This document shows, piece after piece, positions 1 to 12,632 of a stretch of 64,000 nucleotides of DNA; the first letter of the stretch is position 1; each line of letters begins with the position of its first letter. The translations under genes and the position numbers were made by a program. The notes below the pieces were generated by a model. It saw only the letters and a program-made list of their open reading frames with translations, did no database searches and was not told the origin of the DNA. This stretch comes from Lobosporangium transversale (taxonomy: Eukaryota), in contig NW_019028990.1 of assembly GCF_002105155.1 (NCBI RefSeq), forward strand, positions 620,001 to 684,000, in the 5' to 3' direction.

Positions 1-445
1 GAGTTCAAACGACCGTTGACTTCCATTCGAGGCCATAAAGGCCAATTCAAACAAATTCTGTGCACTATCAATGTTGTACAGACCAAAGTCCTTGCTGCCA
101 TAAATCATTCCCAAGAATTGAAGCGACTCAACCTCAAGTAAATGGTTCGCCTGGTTGAAATATGAAATCGCTGTCTGGAAATATTCCTGAGGCTCGGAAC
201 TATGGTACTGACTGCTCGAGGGCAACTTTTGACGGAACTCCCTATCAGTTGCTAACTGGAAGAACAATCGTCCTAGTTGTGTTCCAGATGGGCCATAGCC
301 ATACTGCAATCCACGAGTGTAGTATTCAATCGCCTTGTCCAAATCAACCTCTAGCTTAGGAGTCACATTAGCGTTGCCCTCCTGATAGATCATACCCAGG
401 TTGTGCGCCGAATCCGGATAACCTATCAAGATCCAAATGAGTCGT

Positions 446-481
<36 letters not shown>

Positions 482-1343
482 AACATCCTATCTTTATAAA
501 TTATACACGGGTTCAGTTTTTGTTAATAGCAGCTAATACCCACTTACCATCATCAGCAGTCTTGTTATACCACTCGATAGCCTTGTGCCATTGACCTTTC
601 TGGTCATAGTACCATCCCACTTTATGCATAGCCATGGGATTACCGACCTCAGCAGCTTTGAGGTAGTAATCAAATGAAATCTGTTCTGGATCTTCGCCCT
701 CCAAACAGTGTCGACCCTGACATTCCTTATGCTCGTGGAAATAAAACGATCCCAACTGAACAGCAGCCAACGAAAAATTGAATTTATCGAACGCATAGTC
801 GTAGTAGGCCTTGGCTTCTCTAAAGTTGGGCGCAGCCAGTGGTGACTTTGGTGCTTCGCCTCCGTTAACACCATTATCACGGAAGCCGGCCAAGAGTAAG
901 CCCTGAGTCAACACTTCCTGAACAGTCAATTGATCCATAGGCGTCTCACGAGGCTTCATGTTGAGATATTTTTGTGCCTTTCCAAGATCCATATCATTTG
1001 CAATATAGGCTGCTGAGACCGCTTTTTGAATTTCCTGCAGATTGAGAACCTCCTGTGTGAAAACTTCAGGTCCTCGTTTGAGTTTAGAAAGGTTAGAGTT
1101 GCGTTCTTTGCGATCCTCTATAAACTTGCGAGCCATCTCTGGGAAAAGAATGGGAACCTTCGCCTCGATCGACGGATCGACCACATGATAGAGGGCAAGC
1201 AGAATTTGACACTGCTCACGAGAAAGGTTCATAAAAGGTTTGAGGCTCCCTTGCTTGCCTAATGGGGTTGAAGTGGGACCATCGGGATTCAAGAGATTAG
1301 TCTCTTCGCAAGCTTTTTCAAATATTTCTTCAATTAGCACCAT
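1..1343 (-). CDS. Sel1-like repeat (SLR) protein, runs off the window start
   Basis: Exon 1343-548 ends at GTAAGT. The next exon, 422 to <1, follows TAG and reads GYPDSAHNLGMIYQEG...DKAIEYYTRG. SLR motifs include 'YYLKAAEVGNPMAMHKVGWYY' and 'AIEWYNKTADDG'. Confidence 0.8.
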
Positions 1344-1746
1344 GGTTGCTGTTTGATGTTTTTTTAATTCAATGAGAAAAGATCTTTTTTTAATTTTTTA
1401 ATTTAATAAACAAAAGTGACCGTTTCATTAAATTCCAGGTTTGTGGCGCGACTAGTTTCCAAGTCCTCATATAAAAACACCCTCTGTAATCGTGACTCTC
1501 AGTGCGCTGTCAATCAATGATCTTGCCAGCATGCTTACCCACCATCACCATTATCACTACTATTACTGCTGGCTCTCTAACCGTAGTGTCTACTTTTACT
1601 AGAAATTACACTTATTCTTATATTTGTCAATGTTGTTGTCACACAAGTTTATTAATGTTGACTCATTTAAGCTATATCATAAACATTGCCGGATGCTATA
1701 GTTTCTAAGTCTAGGCCACTTCGGGTTGAATAGATCTCATGATATT

Positions 1747-2558
1747 TGTAAGTGAGAGAAATTACCGGAAAAGGCCAGTCACCCAACAATTATAGTAATT
1801 GACTGCCTTGGATGTATCTAGTAATCCTACATTTTCCACTCATTATCCTTGGCCACAAGAGACCGAGGCTATCTCCAGAAAGTATAGCCCGTTCCATTTG
1901 GTCGCGATCCCTTATATTTTTTGAATACTCTTAAATGTATTGGCAGCCAATTGACTCGCTTGTTATTGCAAGTGGTGTGACTGGTCATTAAAATTAATTT
2001 CAGTTTATTTTGTATCCACTAATCTGTCGAACCAGCTTAAAGGAATCTTTGCGCAAAGCCTCTGTAGTCATAGGCGGGTCCGCCTCACCTAGAAACTACC
2101 GAGTATAAAAGCCAAAGAAACTTCCTTCTTAATAAAGTCTTCAGTTTTCCCCACATGTCTTATTCTTCACCCGCAGTTCATCTTGCCATTTATCTTTTTC
2201 CCCTTTTCACAACAAGCATTTGTCTTCCGGTAACTCAGTTTGTGAGCTCACCTATAAAGCTCCCATCTTTTCTTTTGACATTCTATGGCGCTGTTTGTAG
2301 TCAAGGTTATTTGACTCTATTTTCTCTTGTCAATCTTGTTGACACTCTTTGTCCTGCCTTTTCCTGATTGTGTCTATCTTTCTATCCCTTAAGCAAAGAT
2401 ATTTTTTACAACAATGCCACCAAGCCAATTTATTAGGATTAAGATATGTGGGGTCTATATGTTGTCTAAATAGTCCTCCCCATAAAAAAAACACAATCTA
2501 GACCAAGCATAGAAATAAAGAGATTAGTCAAGAAAGCACTGTCAAGCGAATACTTACA
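1747..2558 (+). mobile_element. Possible solo LTR-like element (about 810 bp)
   Basis: It starts TGTAAGT and ends ACTTACA, a TG...CA terminal inverted repeat. Internal TATAAAA lies at about 2104 and AATAAA at about 2131. Most of it is duplicated at 21282-21958. No matching TSD, PBS or PPT is visible. Confidence 0.35.
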
Positions 2559-3082
2559 ACTTCTTCAAGACGAAGGCCTTTCCCGACCTAGTCATGTTTG
2601 TAGTAGCTCATGAAAAATTTTAGACAGACAAATAGTAACCAGGGAGCAGAAGTGAGAATAGGATGTGGATTCACACATCACATCCATGGGGCATTTATCC
2701 AAATTTGTATCAAAATAAAACTGCAAGGTTGTCTCGGGCACCACACCATGGGGCATAGAGCTGTTAGTATGTCTGTATTATAAATTTTCATGAAACACGT
2801 GTACTGTGAAATATGCAACTGATCATATCCTATTGTTGTTGCCGGCTTGGTGTCTTTCCTCCCCATGGATTCAAAGAAGGCTATTTTGGTATCTCGAATT
2901 TGGACTCAACCTGTCAGTGAGCATTGGTGCAACGCATATAAGGCACACAGGCTGTTGACGAGCCTACTTCTCACCTTCACCGCTTGACGCAGGTCAGGGT
3001 TGTGACGGTCTAGCGAAGAAAACGTAAGGGCATTAACAATACCAGGATCGCATTAGACGGTAGTTGTGGTATTTGCAGATGA
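1882..3082. repeat. 1.2-kb segment, near-identical inverted copy of 20758-21958
   Basis: Direct reverse-complement match. Identical mirrored short ORFs appear in the track (2155+/21685-, 2866-/20974+). Confidence 0.95.
2567..2606 (-). repeat. Copy of the 40-nt Fanzor 3'-end hairpin motif
   Basis: aagacgaaggcctttcccgacctagtcatgtttgtagtag matches 15850-15889 at 38 of 40 positions. Confidence 0.85.
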
Positions 3083-3443
3083 AAATAGGGAAGAACTGCG
3101 CAAACCCAGCGGATCAAATAAAAGAAAAAGTGAGTCGACTCAAGCGGAGGACGACAAGTCCAATAGGCCAAGCAGGGATAAGGGACCAAGGAAAAAGTAG
3201 CGATCGCTTCTTTTACTTCTTTTTACTCGCCATTGTTTATGACAATGGCACAGACACAATTTTGTAATATAGCACTAATAGATAAATTAAAATATCGCTA
3301 TTCAATAAACCTGAGCAAGGAGAAGTGAGCACACCAAGCGGATTGCCGCAGCTGCATCATCAGAATTTTCTCAAGCAAGTGGCAAGTTGTTTCTATGAGT
3401 GGCGGAATAGGAATCCTCTCTCAAATGAATTGCCATTTGACGA

Positions 3444-3999
3444 TAGGCTCGTCACTAAGAGCGGACAATTTGCCTTGCAGCACGTTCATTCGCTGCAAGT
3501 GGCTTCGACCTCTGGTGACGAAGTTCATGTGCACATGCACGTACTGAAAGGCAAATCTGGCTTGCTCTTGCAGACACTTCTCTCTCAGGCTGGGACCAAA
3601 CTTGACATTTTGGCTGGAGGTCTCTTTTTTAAAATTGAAAAAGTTTCTAAGTCAAACACACCGCTCTTTTTTTTCTGTCATTTTCACCACAGGGGACAGC
3701 TTTTTTTTTTTTTTTTTTAAAATCCTTTTTTTTCAAGCAAAGTCCTACAGATCAGAGGAAAATGGCCTACGTGTGAAGCATGCTACTGTTTTTCTTCACA
3801 ATCTCATTTATTCATCCGATTATCACTACGAAATTTACCTCTCATCATTCTCACCTTTAAAAAAATATAGAAAAATTAAAAGAAATAAAAAAAAGCTATT
3901 CCCTATGGTGTAAATGACTAAGAAAAAAAAAGAGCCTTTCCTAGCGGTGTGTTTGACTTAGAAACTTTTTCAAAGAGACCTCAGGCTGGTGACGAGACT
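3444..3999. mobile_element. MITE family A copy (TAGGCTCGTCAC...GTGACGAG ends)
   Basis: Terminal inverted ends, plus the internal gacgaagttcatgtgcacatgcac motif shared with 39788-39899, 48293-48780 and 53711-54249. Confidence 0.7.
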
Positions 4000-4384
4000 G
4001 AGAAATGAGTTCTTTGCGCACTAAAGATTGTCACGTCACAATGACCCAGAAAATGGCACGTGGCTGATTTGAAAAAAATATTTTCTCACGCAAAGCCTAA
4101 CCTTGAAATAAAGGAACAAATTTATCAGTTGCTCCTTTCTTTCCTTTGCTCCACTTCATTTTCGCCACCTTTTTCATATTTCACCACTTACCTCTTTTAT
4201 TCATTCCAAGCCTTCATTTATTGCCTTTCTTTTCCTTTCCTTCTTTTTTTTTTGCCTTACACATTTTTCATTATTGTTTCCATACCGTGACCACGGGTGA
4301 AAGAGTAAGAATATACTTTTGCCTATTTAGCCATCATTCTCCCTGCATTTCAACCACACTCAGTCCCACTCATCTTAATTTTCA

Positions 4385-7232
4385 ATGGCCACCACAAGGA
4401 GCTCAACACAAAAAAACATGGCTGCAAATGATTCCACAGAGAGCCAAGCACAAAAAAACATGGCTGCAAATAAGCCTGAGGATGCCTCCACACTCAATAA
4501 ACGAAAAAGAGAAAACCAACACCCACAACGAAAAAAGCGCGCCATCCCACTGCTGCTGCAGCTGAACTGCGTTGTTGAGGGAGAAGCAACGTCGTTCCCA
4601 GTAGAGATTTTCTGCGATAAATCGGTCGGTGAACTCAAGCAAGCCATCAAGGTAGCGAAGAAGCCAGAACTTGATCATGTTGCCGCAGATAAGCTAACTC
4701 TCTACAAAGTCTCCATTCCTGACGAAGACAAGACTGTTGTTGAGTCAGAAATTGTGTCGAAAGAGACTCTCGTATCCGCGTCAATGGAGCTTTGGGAGAT
4801 ATTTACTTCTGAACTTCCAAGGAAAACGATCCATGTTTTTGTCAAGCCACCGCAGCGAGGTATGTATTAGCTCTTGATGGACTGATGATATTTCAATTGA
4901 TGAAGCTATCTCATCACGGTCACGTGTATCTCTCCCTTTTTTATGTTGTTGAGATGAATCTCGGCAACACTATTTAACTGGGGGCGACTTTGGATTTCAT
5001 CTCTATAAAAGAATTTGAAAAGTCGCCCCCATGGTCCATGCGCATGCTCTGACTCTCACTGTTGTCTGAGAACACAGTTTTCATTTTTATTTTTATTTTT
5101 ATTTGACCTGTTTACATTGATGCATTTGTTAGTTTTTCTGATTGAATCTGTTTCGCGTTTCGCACACCATTAGCTGGCGTTTATATCTCATTGACAGCAA
5201 TATATTCTTTGATCTGATCAAAATACTAACATTTCTGCCATTGCCGCGCTCTCTTATCTTTCTAGAGTCATCGGAACAGATTCTCAAGAGAAAAATTGAT
5301 GAAGGTAATAATTTGTTTTTTGCTGTATAAATAGATTGACTTGGTGACTGACTATATGTTATGGTACTAACCAACTGTCTATGTGTACGATGATCATAAT
5401 TAGATCCACAGTATATTCCACCTTCAAAGAAGATGCGCATTGAGAAAGGGTGGAGAGAATACAGGGCTTCTGATGGCAAAATGGTCACGTTACCACCCCT
5501 TTGGATCGCAATGCTGGAGAATCCTAAACGCCCACCCGATCCACGTAATAAGTTTAATCATCTGAAAAGCGATAATCAGCCTGGTGATCAAGTTGACATT
5601 CCATCCTTGGGCCTCACACCGAAAGAATTTAAGGAATACAATTCGGAATTTATGATTACGGATCAGATGCTGGAATTGTGGAAGGAGATTAGTGCTGAAC
5701 AAAGGTTTTCATTTCGGCGAGTCCTTTCTGGCCCTATGGGGGTTGGCAAGTCATATCTATCCTATTTCCTTGCTGCAAAAGGATATGCGGAAGGGTGGCT
5801 TACCCTTTATATACCAGATGCCGCGATATTAGATCAAGGTACGGAGGAAAAATCGGCAAAGGCACTGTTAAGGCGCTTCTTCGCTTTCAACAGGGATATC
5901 TTGACGGCATCTGATCTGGAAAGTCTCCTCGACTTTTCTGAAGTTATAGATTGCTCAATTGTGGCTGCTCGCGCAGTATTCGACCTATTCAAACAGAAGG
6001 AGCGCAAAACACTGTTCATTATCGACGAACATGGAAAGTTATTCCAAGAAAAACCGTACGTGCCGGATAGATACCTGTTCTTGCACCATCTAAAGGACCT
6101 CACTCGATGGGAAGCTAAATCCAAAGGATCTAGAGTGATATTTACAGGAACAGCCCATGCCGAATATGAATTGCAGATTATGGAAGACAGCGCTCGAGTT
6201 ACCTTATTGTACTTTGTTGGCCCACTATCCGAGACAGTGTTTTCAAAATGGTTGGAGGTCCACCTGAACCAACCCGATATTGTCCAGGATATAATGAGGA
6301 TTACAAACCGTGTGCCACGAGAGTTTATGTCTCTCATCCGGTCAATTGAGGAGGAAACACCACTCACAAGAGATAGCATTGATGAGTATGTAGCTTGGAG
6401 AACAAACAAGCTTCGCCATGTAGTTTGGAATTACTACAAAGCTCTCAGCGAGGTCTCGAAGAAGATGTTCGCTAAAAGCCTTGCAACAGTCTTCCTTGGC
6501 AACAACTCGCAGAGTGGTGATTTTGAATGGGATTTCCGTGACCTAGAGCTTATCTATCGTCTCAACAAGAACCGCGGAGCCATAAACTATGTCTTGTGCC
6601 TCCCAGCGCAGAAAGCACTCTTTCAGGCGTTTACAAACATACCTCATCATGAGCATATTCTGAGGCAAGTTAGTCTTGGAGAGGTAGGTGATGATTTCAA
6701 GTTGACACTGTTGGTCCAGTTTTTGACTTTAACCAAGCCAATCGTTCTCAGAGCAACAAACCTTGTCGGCGAGAATCCAACGGAGATTATAATGAACTTT
6801 AAGGATCATGGGACAATCCATCAAAACATGACTTCTCTTGGACGTGGCTATGGACATGTACTGAGCCATTGTCATTCGAGTTATTCTCGCTTTGATTTCA
6901 TACTCGACGCAATGTTTATCCAGGTGTCCATAAGTGATTTCTGCGAACACGAGAAGACACAAACTAAGCAGATCCAGAACGCTTTTGATAAGAGAGATCC
7001 CGACGGCAAAAATCAGATTGAAAGATATTTGGACGAAGTATTTGGAGGTAATCATTCCGCCTTAATTGACGATGGACATTTTGTTGTCAAAAAGGATGGA
7101 GAGCCAGTAACTGGATTTAAAATAGTTTACATGCGTGGTTCCCCTGGTGCACCAAACCACACTGGATTAATCAGCAAGTACAAAGATCTTCTTCATGTCA
7201 GCTTCAACGAGCTCAAAGAGAAACCATCTTAG
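4385..7232 (+). CDS. Crinkler (CRN) effector-like protein CRN-1: ubiquitin-like CRN header + CR-NTPase + CR-REase
   Basis: Exons 4385-4859, 5266-5304 and 5404-7232 splice in frame at GT-AG sites. Header motifs are LNCVVEGE...F.V...V.ELK.AI...LTLYKV...IHVFVKPP (LxLFLAK/HVLVxxP equivalents). Walker A is GPMGVGKS, Walker B is FIIDE, and the REase-like motif is FDFILDAMFIQVS. Confidence 0.88.
4980..5030. repeat. Hairpin element GGGGGCGACTTT...AAAGTCGCCCCC in CRN-1 intron 1
   Basis: Perfect 12-bp inverted arms. A direct-repeat copy lies at 7351-7401 and mirror copies at 49351-49401 and 51722-51772. Confidence 0.85.
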
Positions 7233-7350
7233 AATTTTCGTCACAGTTACAGTAATAATATAGTTCTTAATCCTATAAAAAGGCTTGTCATAGAAATTTA
7301 ATAACACGGTTCTTTATTTTTGAGATGTATCACGGCTAAAATATTTAACT

Positions 7351-7401
7351 GGGGGCGACTTTGGATTTCATCTCTATAAAAGAATTTGAAAAGTCGCCCT
7401 C
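7351..7401. repeat. Second hairpin element, 3' of the CRN-1 stop
   Basis: Near-identical to 4980-5030. Similarity extends roughly 40 bp upstream and 15 bp downstream. Confidence 0.85.
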
Positions 7402-8313
7402 CATGCTCCGTGCGCGCCACAGAGAGGTCACTCGCTTGTTAAGGCGACTGTTCGATGCTTGTTGGTTTTCCAAATCTGCTTTGATTTCACCATAATTTAG
7501 CGGAATTGATTAGCATCCCCTGAATAGCTGCCATCCGAAGGGACTAACTTCGAATGGACAAGATTTACTGTGTTGTTCAAAACAATAAAACGACTGAAAG
7601 TCTGCTAATCCTCAAACTATGAGGCAAATAATGCCTCTGAACGCTTCAATAGGATTGTGGCGAGCTTTTGGGGTGCAGAAAAGACAAGATTGTCTCTTTT
7701 GAGCAATGAAGGATATAGGATTTGTTCCTTGGAGGCACACTTTTTTGAAACCACGCTTGTTGCTAGTAAAAACACAAATGGTTCCCGTTTTCCGCATACT
7801 TTCAGCGCTTCCACAATCCAAGGGCTGTGATGCAGCCATTAAATGTTACATGTTTGTCGAAGCATTAGCACATCCCTTGCAAAAGTTCAGATGTATGCTA
7901 GGAATATTGTTTAAGGGACGTAGAGTAGTCAATGACATGTGGTAGTGTTCAGGTGTTTATACAGTATCATATGGAGTCCGAACAGCTTTTTTTTTTATTC
8001 GAAAAAAAAAAAATAAAAAAAAAAAAAAAAAAAAGAAAAAAAAGAAAAAAAATCAATTGTGGCGGGAAAGAGTGGTTTTGAACACGACTATTTTGTCTTT
8101 CATGTGGTCCAAAAAGAGACAAATAAGATCAAAGACAATCAAACCCATAAAAATTTACAGTACGCCCTCAACACGCGATCGGAAATATGACGTTTAGGGT
8201 TTCTATCGCATTTATTGCAATTCATTTGAGATTTCCTGGATAGCTCCCACCGCTTTTTGACATTCACTTCGCATTGTAATTGCATTCAGAAGACAAAAGC
8301 GTGAGACAGAGCC

Positions 8314-9431
8314 ATGAACGACTCGGAAGAACTTGCAGAGAAGTATCGCAAGCTTCACCAGGAATTCATTCGGTAGCTAACTTTAAGAAAACAATCGAGG
8401 ACATACGATGACCTTTCCAATAACCTTATTAGCTGTGGTATATTTGCTAATTATATTTTTTATTCGTTATCAATAATTACCAATTCTATATTCAGCATTA
8501 AAGCACAGCATGCTGTTTTAAAGAAAGCGGTTTTAGAGGTACTTTTTTTTTTTTATTTGGTGCTTTATGTCCTGGTACCGGGACTTCATCAAAATCAATG
8601 TACTCAACATCATATCTCAACTTCCATAAAAAAAAAAAAAAAAAAAAAGGAGCAAACAAAGAATGCAGCCATTCAAAATTCACTCAAAGAAAAGGAGCAA
8701 GAAGTTAGGAAGGTAAGATGCGAGTAGCATTCTATTTGAAGATGAAGAGAACCATTTATGCTTTCCCATGTAAATACAAGTTTTTAATACAATATAGCCT
8801 TCTTTTCTCTTTCTTTTTATAGTCACTTCAAGATCTGGATTTACTCACCTATCATAACCAACGTCTAACCAGACGAATTGAAAGTCTACAGAGCCAAGCC
8901 TCAGCTGTATGTTTTTTTTTTTTTTTTTTTTTTTTTAGAGTCAACTGACGGTCATTTTTACGATAAAGGATTAAAGAAGCAATGTTATTCGAATCTTTCC
9001 TTGCCTACTGTTTCGGATAGAAATCAGGAGGATCATGGTTGATGGGCGGTGGTAATATCAAGAAGGAGCTGGAAAAGTCACAAGTAACTCTGGAGGCCTT
9101 AACGATCGATTTAGAGGCCAAGATTGAAGAAAATGGTACATCAATGCTCTGTTGCTATGCTTAAATCAGGTTATCCTACAAACCTCTATATCTTTAACGG
9201 ACTCTCATATATCAAGCTCTTTGTTTTTATTTATTTATTTTCAAATAACTTTTTGATAGAGAAACTACATCAACAGCTGTATGATATTAATGCATTATAC
9301 CCTAGACATGTCACAGAGCTCAAGGGCAAGATCCAGGAGCTAGAGAAACAAAATCAAGAGTTGCAGGTAATTGATCCAACGTCCAGTAGATGGATAATCT
9401 TAAAGAACAACAAAGCATGTATTTAACTTTT

Positions 9432-9482
<51 letters not shown>

Positions 9483-11975
9483 CTTGACGTGGAGCGCGCA
9501 GGAGTCGCCAACGAAGACACAATCAATTTAATTCGTAAAGAGAAGGAAGAGACAGAGAAGGAACTTGGCATAATTCGTGATGCTCTTGCGGGCCAACTTC
9601 AGGATGAGCAACGTGCAAACCAATCTTTAAGAGGCAACGTTCAACGACTTGAAAACGAGATCGAGCGACTCTCCAAGGTGGAACTTGAATATGAATCATT
9701 AAAACTAGAACACACCAAACTTCGAGACGAGCTCGAAACTCATAAATGGATTTCATCTGAACTCTCACAACTCCAAGAATCGTATAGTAATTTAGAGCGG
9801 GACAAAATTCAGATTGAGAAGGCTCATGCTCAACTCTCAAGTCAGTATACAGCACTGAAGCAAGCGGAGGAAGGCCTTAGGAGGGCATTAGCACAAGAGC
9901 AACAAAATGTACGATCTGTACAGGAACAGGCACAGCATTTGAAAAGAGATCTAGAAATAACTCGTTCAGAGGCAGCGAATCGTGAAAAAGGACATGTTGC
10001 CAAGATCGAGCAATTGCAGTCTGAGCTGGAGAATGCTTATCAGGAACAGAAGAAAATACGAGAGCAGTATGAAGATTTGAGGATTGCAGAGCAATCTGCT
10101 AAGGAGGATGAGTCTCGTACCAAAGCTAGTTTTTCAGCTGATCTTGCAAATTTGAAGTCAAGTTTGGCAGGTGCAGAAGCGAGAATTGAGGAGCTTGAGC
10201 AACTTAAGAGGACGCTGGAAACAGAGTTATCAGATACCAAGAGGGCATTAGAGGGGACCCAAATGGTTCTTAAGAACGAGCAGGGGACAAGGTCAAATAA
10301 TACTGAAAAACCAGTAGCGACAGTATCGGAGAGTGATAATAATATGCTTGAAAAAGAGGGAAAAAAGAAAAAAGAGCAGGAACAAGAGGCAGGGGAGGAA
10401 AGTAAACCGAAACCAGAACATGAGGAGAGCCATATACCGGAAGATGATGCTGCAGAGAAGGAAAAGCCTCCATTGTCTAAGAAGGCAAAAAAGAAAAAAG
10501 GAAAAGCTGCTGCTGCTGCTGCTGCTGCCGCTGCAGTTGCGGAAACCGAATCAAAAACAGGTTCTTCGCAAATTGATGGAAAGCATGACGAAAGTGATGG
10601 ACAAAAGGACAAAGTTGTACAGGATACTAAGGATATAGAAAAAAAGGATACATTGAAGACGAAGGCAGAATCAGAAGAGCAGACCCACAGAGAGGAGAAT
10701 CAGATGCGAAAAGCATTGGAAGATTCGTTAAGAATAGAGATCGACAGTCTTCAGAAGCAAATCGAGCAATCCCAACAGTCTAATGTGAGTACACAGGAAG
10801 AGCTAAATGCTGCAAAAGGTAAAAAAATCATTGAATCAACTTTTATTTTTTATTTTTATATATCTGGCATAACAGAAAAAGGACCCTAATCACATGTTCT
10901 TTGTCTATAGCTGCATTGGAATCTATCAAGGATGAGAAGATTTCCTTATCGAGCTCATTAGAGTTCCATGTTGATTTGGCAAAGCAGTTGCAGGAAGAGA
11001 TTGAGGATCTGAAGAGCAAGCTGGTAATAGTTTTATACCAAATATCTTGCTAAGTTTTATTTTAATTTTAATTTTTTCATTTATACGTTAATTCTTTACA
11101 AACTTTTTTATATTGGCCAAATATATTAGAGTAAGAAACAAAAACACCATGGCGTGAATGGGTCAACTGCAGGAAGAGAAGAGGCTCATGCATCTGAGGA
11201 TCAGCCGCAAATGAGGGTACGGCAACAGAAGAACATCCTAGATACAAAAGAAGGGGGGAGCCAGACACCGCAACGAGCTTCCACTCCTGTACCAACAGGG
11301 ACAGCTGGAGTAGATCTCAAAAAAATTGTCGTGGATGCCAAGGATGAATCTACACAAGTTGAGAAGGCTGATGCTTTGGATAAAGCAGTCCAATCAGAGG
11401 CTATAGAGCATGTGGATGAGAGCACGCAAGTTGATGTTATCCAGAAGTCATCTGTAGCCGTAGGAACGGAAGCCACCTCAGTAATAGAGGAAGCCAACGA
11501 CACTGAAAAAACTAAAGATAGTAAAGACAGCACATTTACCACCGTCAAAACTGGTAAATTAATGGATAATAAGTCATCGCGGAACTCAATGATTGGTGAC
11601 GAAGGTACTGCGACTGATGCTGTGATCCCATCTACAGCAGCGGCGGCAGCTAATATCAACATCAGTCAATCCCAGATGAACCGGGAGTATCTGATCAAAA
11701 AACATTACGAGACCAAGATTCAGAATATCATAGAGCAACTTCAGCTCTCCGACGGGCGATATGTAAGATTGCATAGGGAGTTCGAGTTGCTGAAGGAATT
11801 GCTAATGGAGACTGTACAAGAACGAGAGACGGTCAAGAATGAAGTAGAGCAACTTAAGGCCAAGAATCAGCATCTTCAAGAGGAGCTGGCCTCTGCAAAA
11901 GAAGATAACCGAGCACAAGTGGAGACCATGACCAACTTTATGAAGAGCCTTGATCAAGTACAGCAAGGTCGATAG
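8314..11975 (+). CDS. PPP1R21: PPP1R21 (KLRAQ-motif / FERRY Fy-2)-like coiled-coil protein, multi-exon
   Basis: The spliced N-terminus MNDSEELAEKYRKLHQEFIR-LKAQHAVLKKAVLE-EQ resembles the KLRAQ domain. The C-terminal 'REYLIKKHYETKIQNIIEQLQLSDGR...QVETM' resembles the PPP1R21 C-terminus. A long coiled coil lies between them. Confidence 0.7.
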
Positions 11976-12216
11976 AGATCATCTGTTAATTTTTTTTTAC
12001 TTCACGTATAGTGTCGGGGAAGTATATATAGGATTTTTTGTTGAAACCGTGCCCCACATAAAGATACATTGGGGTAGAGCTCAATCATGCAAACTATTTC
12101 CGCATATATTGACTAGAAGGGGTTTAAAACTGTCACTTGGGTTTCTTCATGAAACCTCACATAAAATATGAAGTCGATCTCATTTCTTCTACCCTATTTA
12201 TGTGTAACTAGGTGGG

Positions 12217-12632
12217 CGCTGATTCTTACACTAAAACTGGCTCGCACAAATCCTGCATAAAGTAATACTAAAATCGTTTTTCATGATACTAACATTTTGG
12301 GCCATACAAATCCTACTTAAAATAAAGCTGAATATTTTATTGCGCATCTTTGCAATGCTGGGATGAGAACAACATCGTAATACTAAAAGTGCTTCAGCCG
12401 AGGTATACAAGAATTAGCATCATTATGTCAAGTATGTCAAGAGTATAATCCGCATGCTGCGCTCAGGCTAGCATTACAGAGAGGACAAGCTTTCTTTTAC
12501 ATGCAATTTCTGCAGACTGTTGTACGAGGCAAATTTTAGTATCATGGAAAACGATTTTAGTAACACTTTACATGGGATTTGTGTGGATCAATTTTTTATT
12601 TGCGAGTGTCAATTTCTGTACCAGTATCAGCG
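12217..12632. mobile_element. Degenerate MITE-like element with about 80-bp imperfect inverted arms
   Basis: 12232-12310 (cacaaatcc...tactaaaatcgtttttcatgatactaa) is the imperfect reverse complement of 12520-12598. Confidence 0.55.

Larger units (their letters stand above)
4018..7975. repeat. About 3.95-kb CRN block duplicated in inverted orientation at 48785-52706
   Basis: Reverse-complement identity of the promoter, introns, CDS and about 740 bp of 3' flank. Confidence 0.93.

Noticed and set aside
3325..4290. Short ORFs upstream of CRN-1, and similar poly-F/poly-K ORFs elsewhere
   Set aside because: They are translations of MITE sequence and homopolymer tracts.
5834..6409. Antisense ORFs overlapping long genes (also 10040-10612, 33013-33525, 19202-19723)
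   Set aside because: Shadow ORFs of real coding sequence with no independent motifs.
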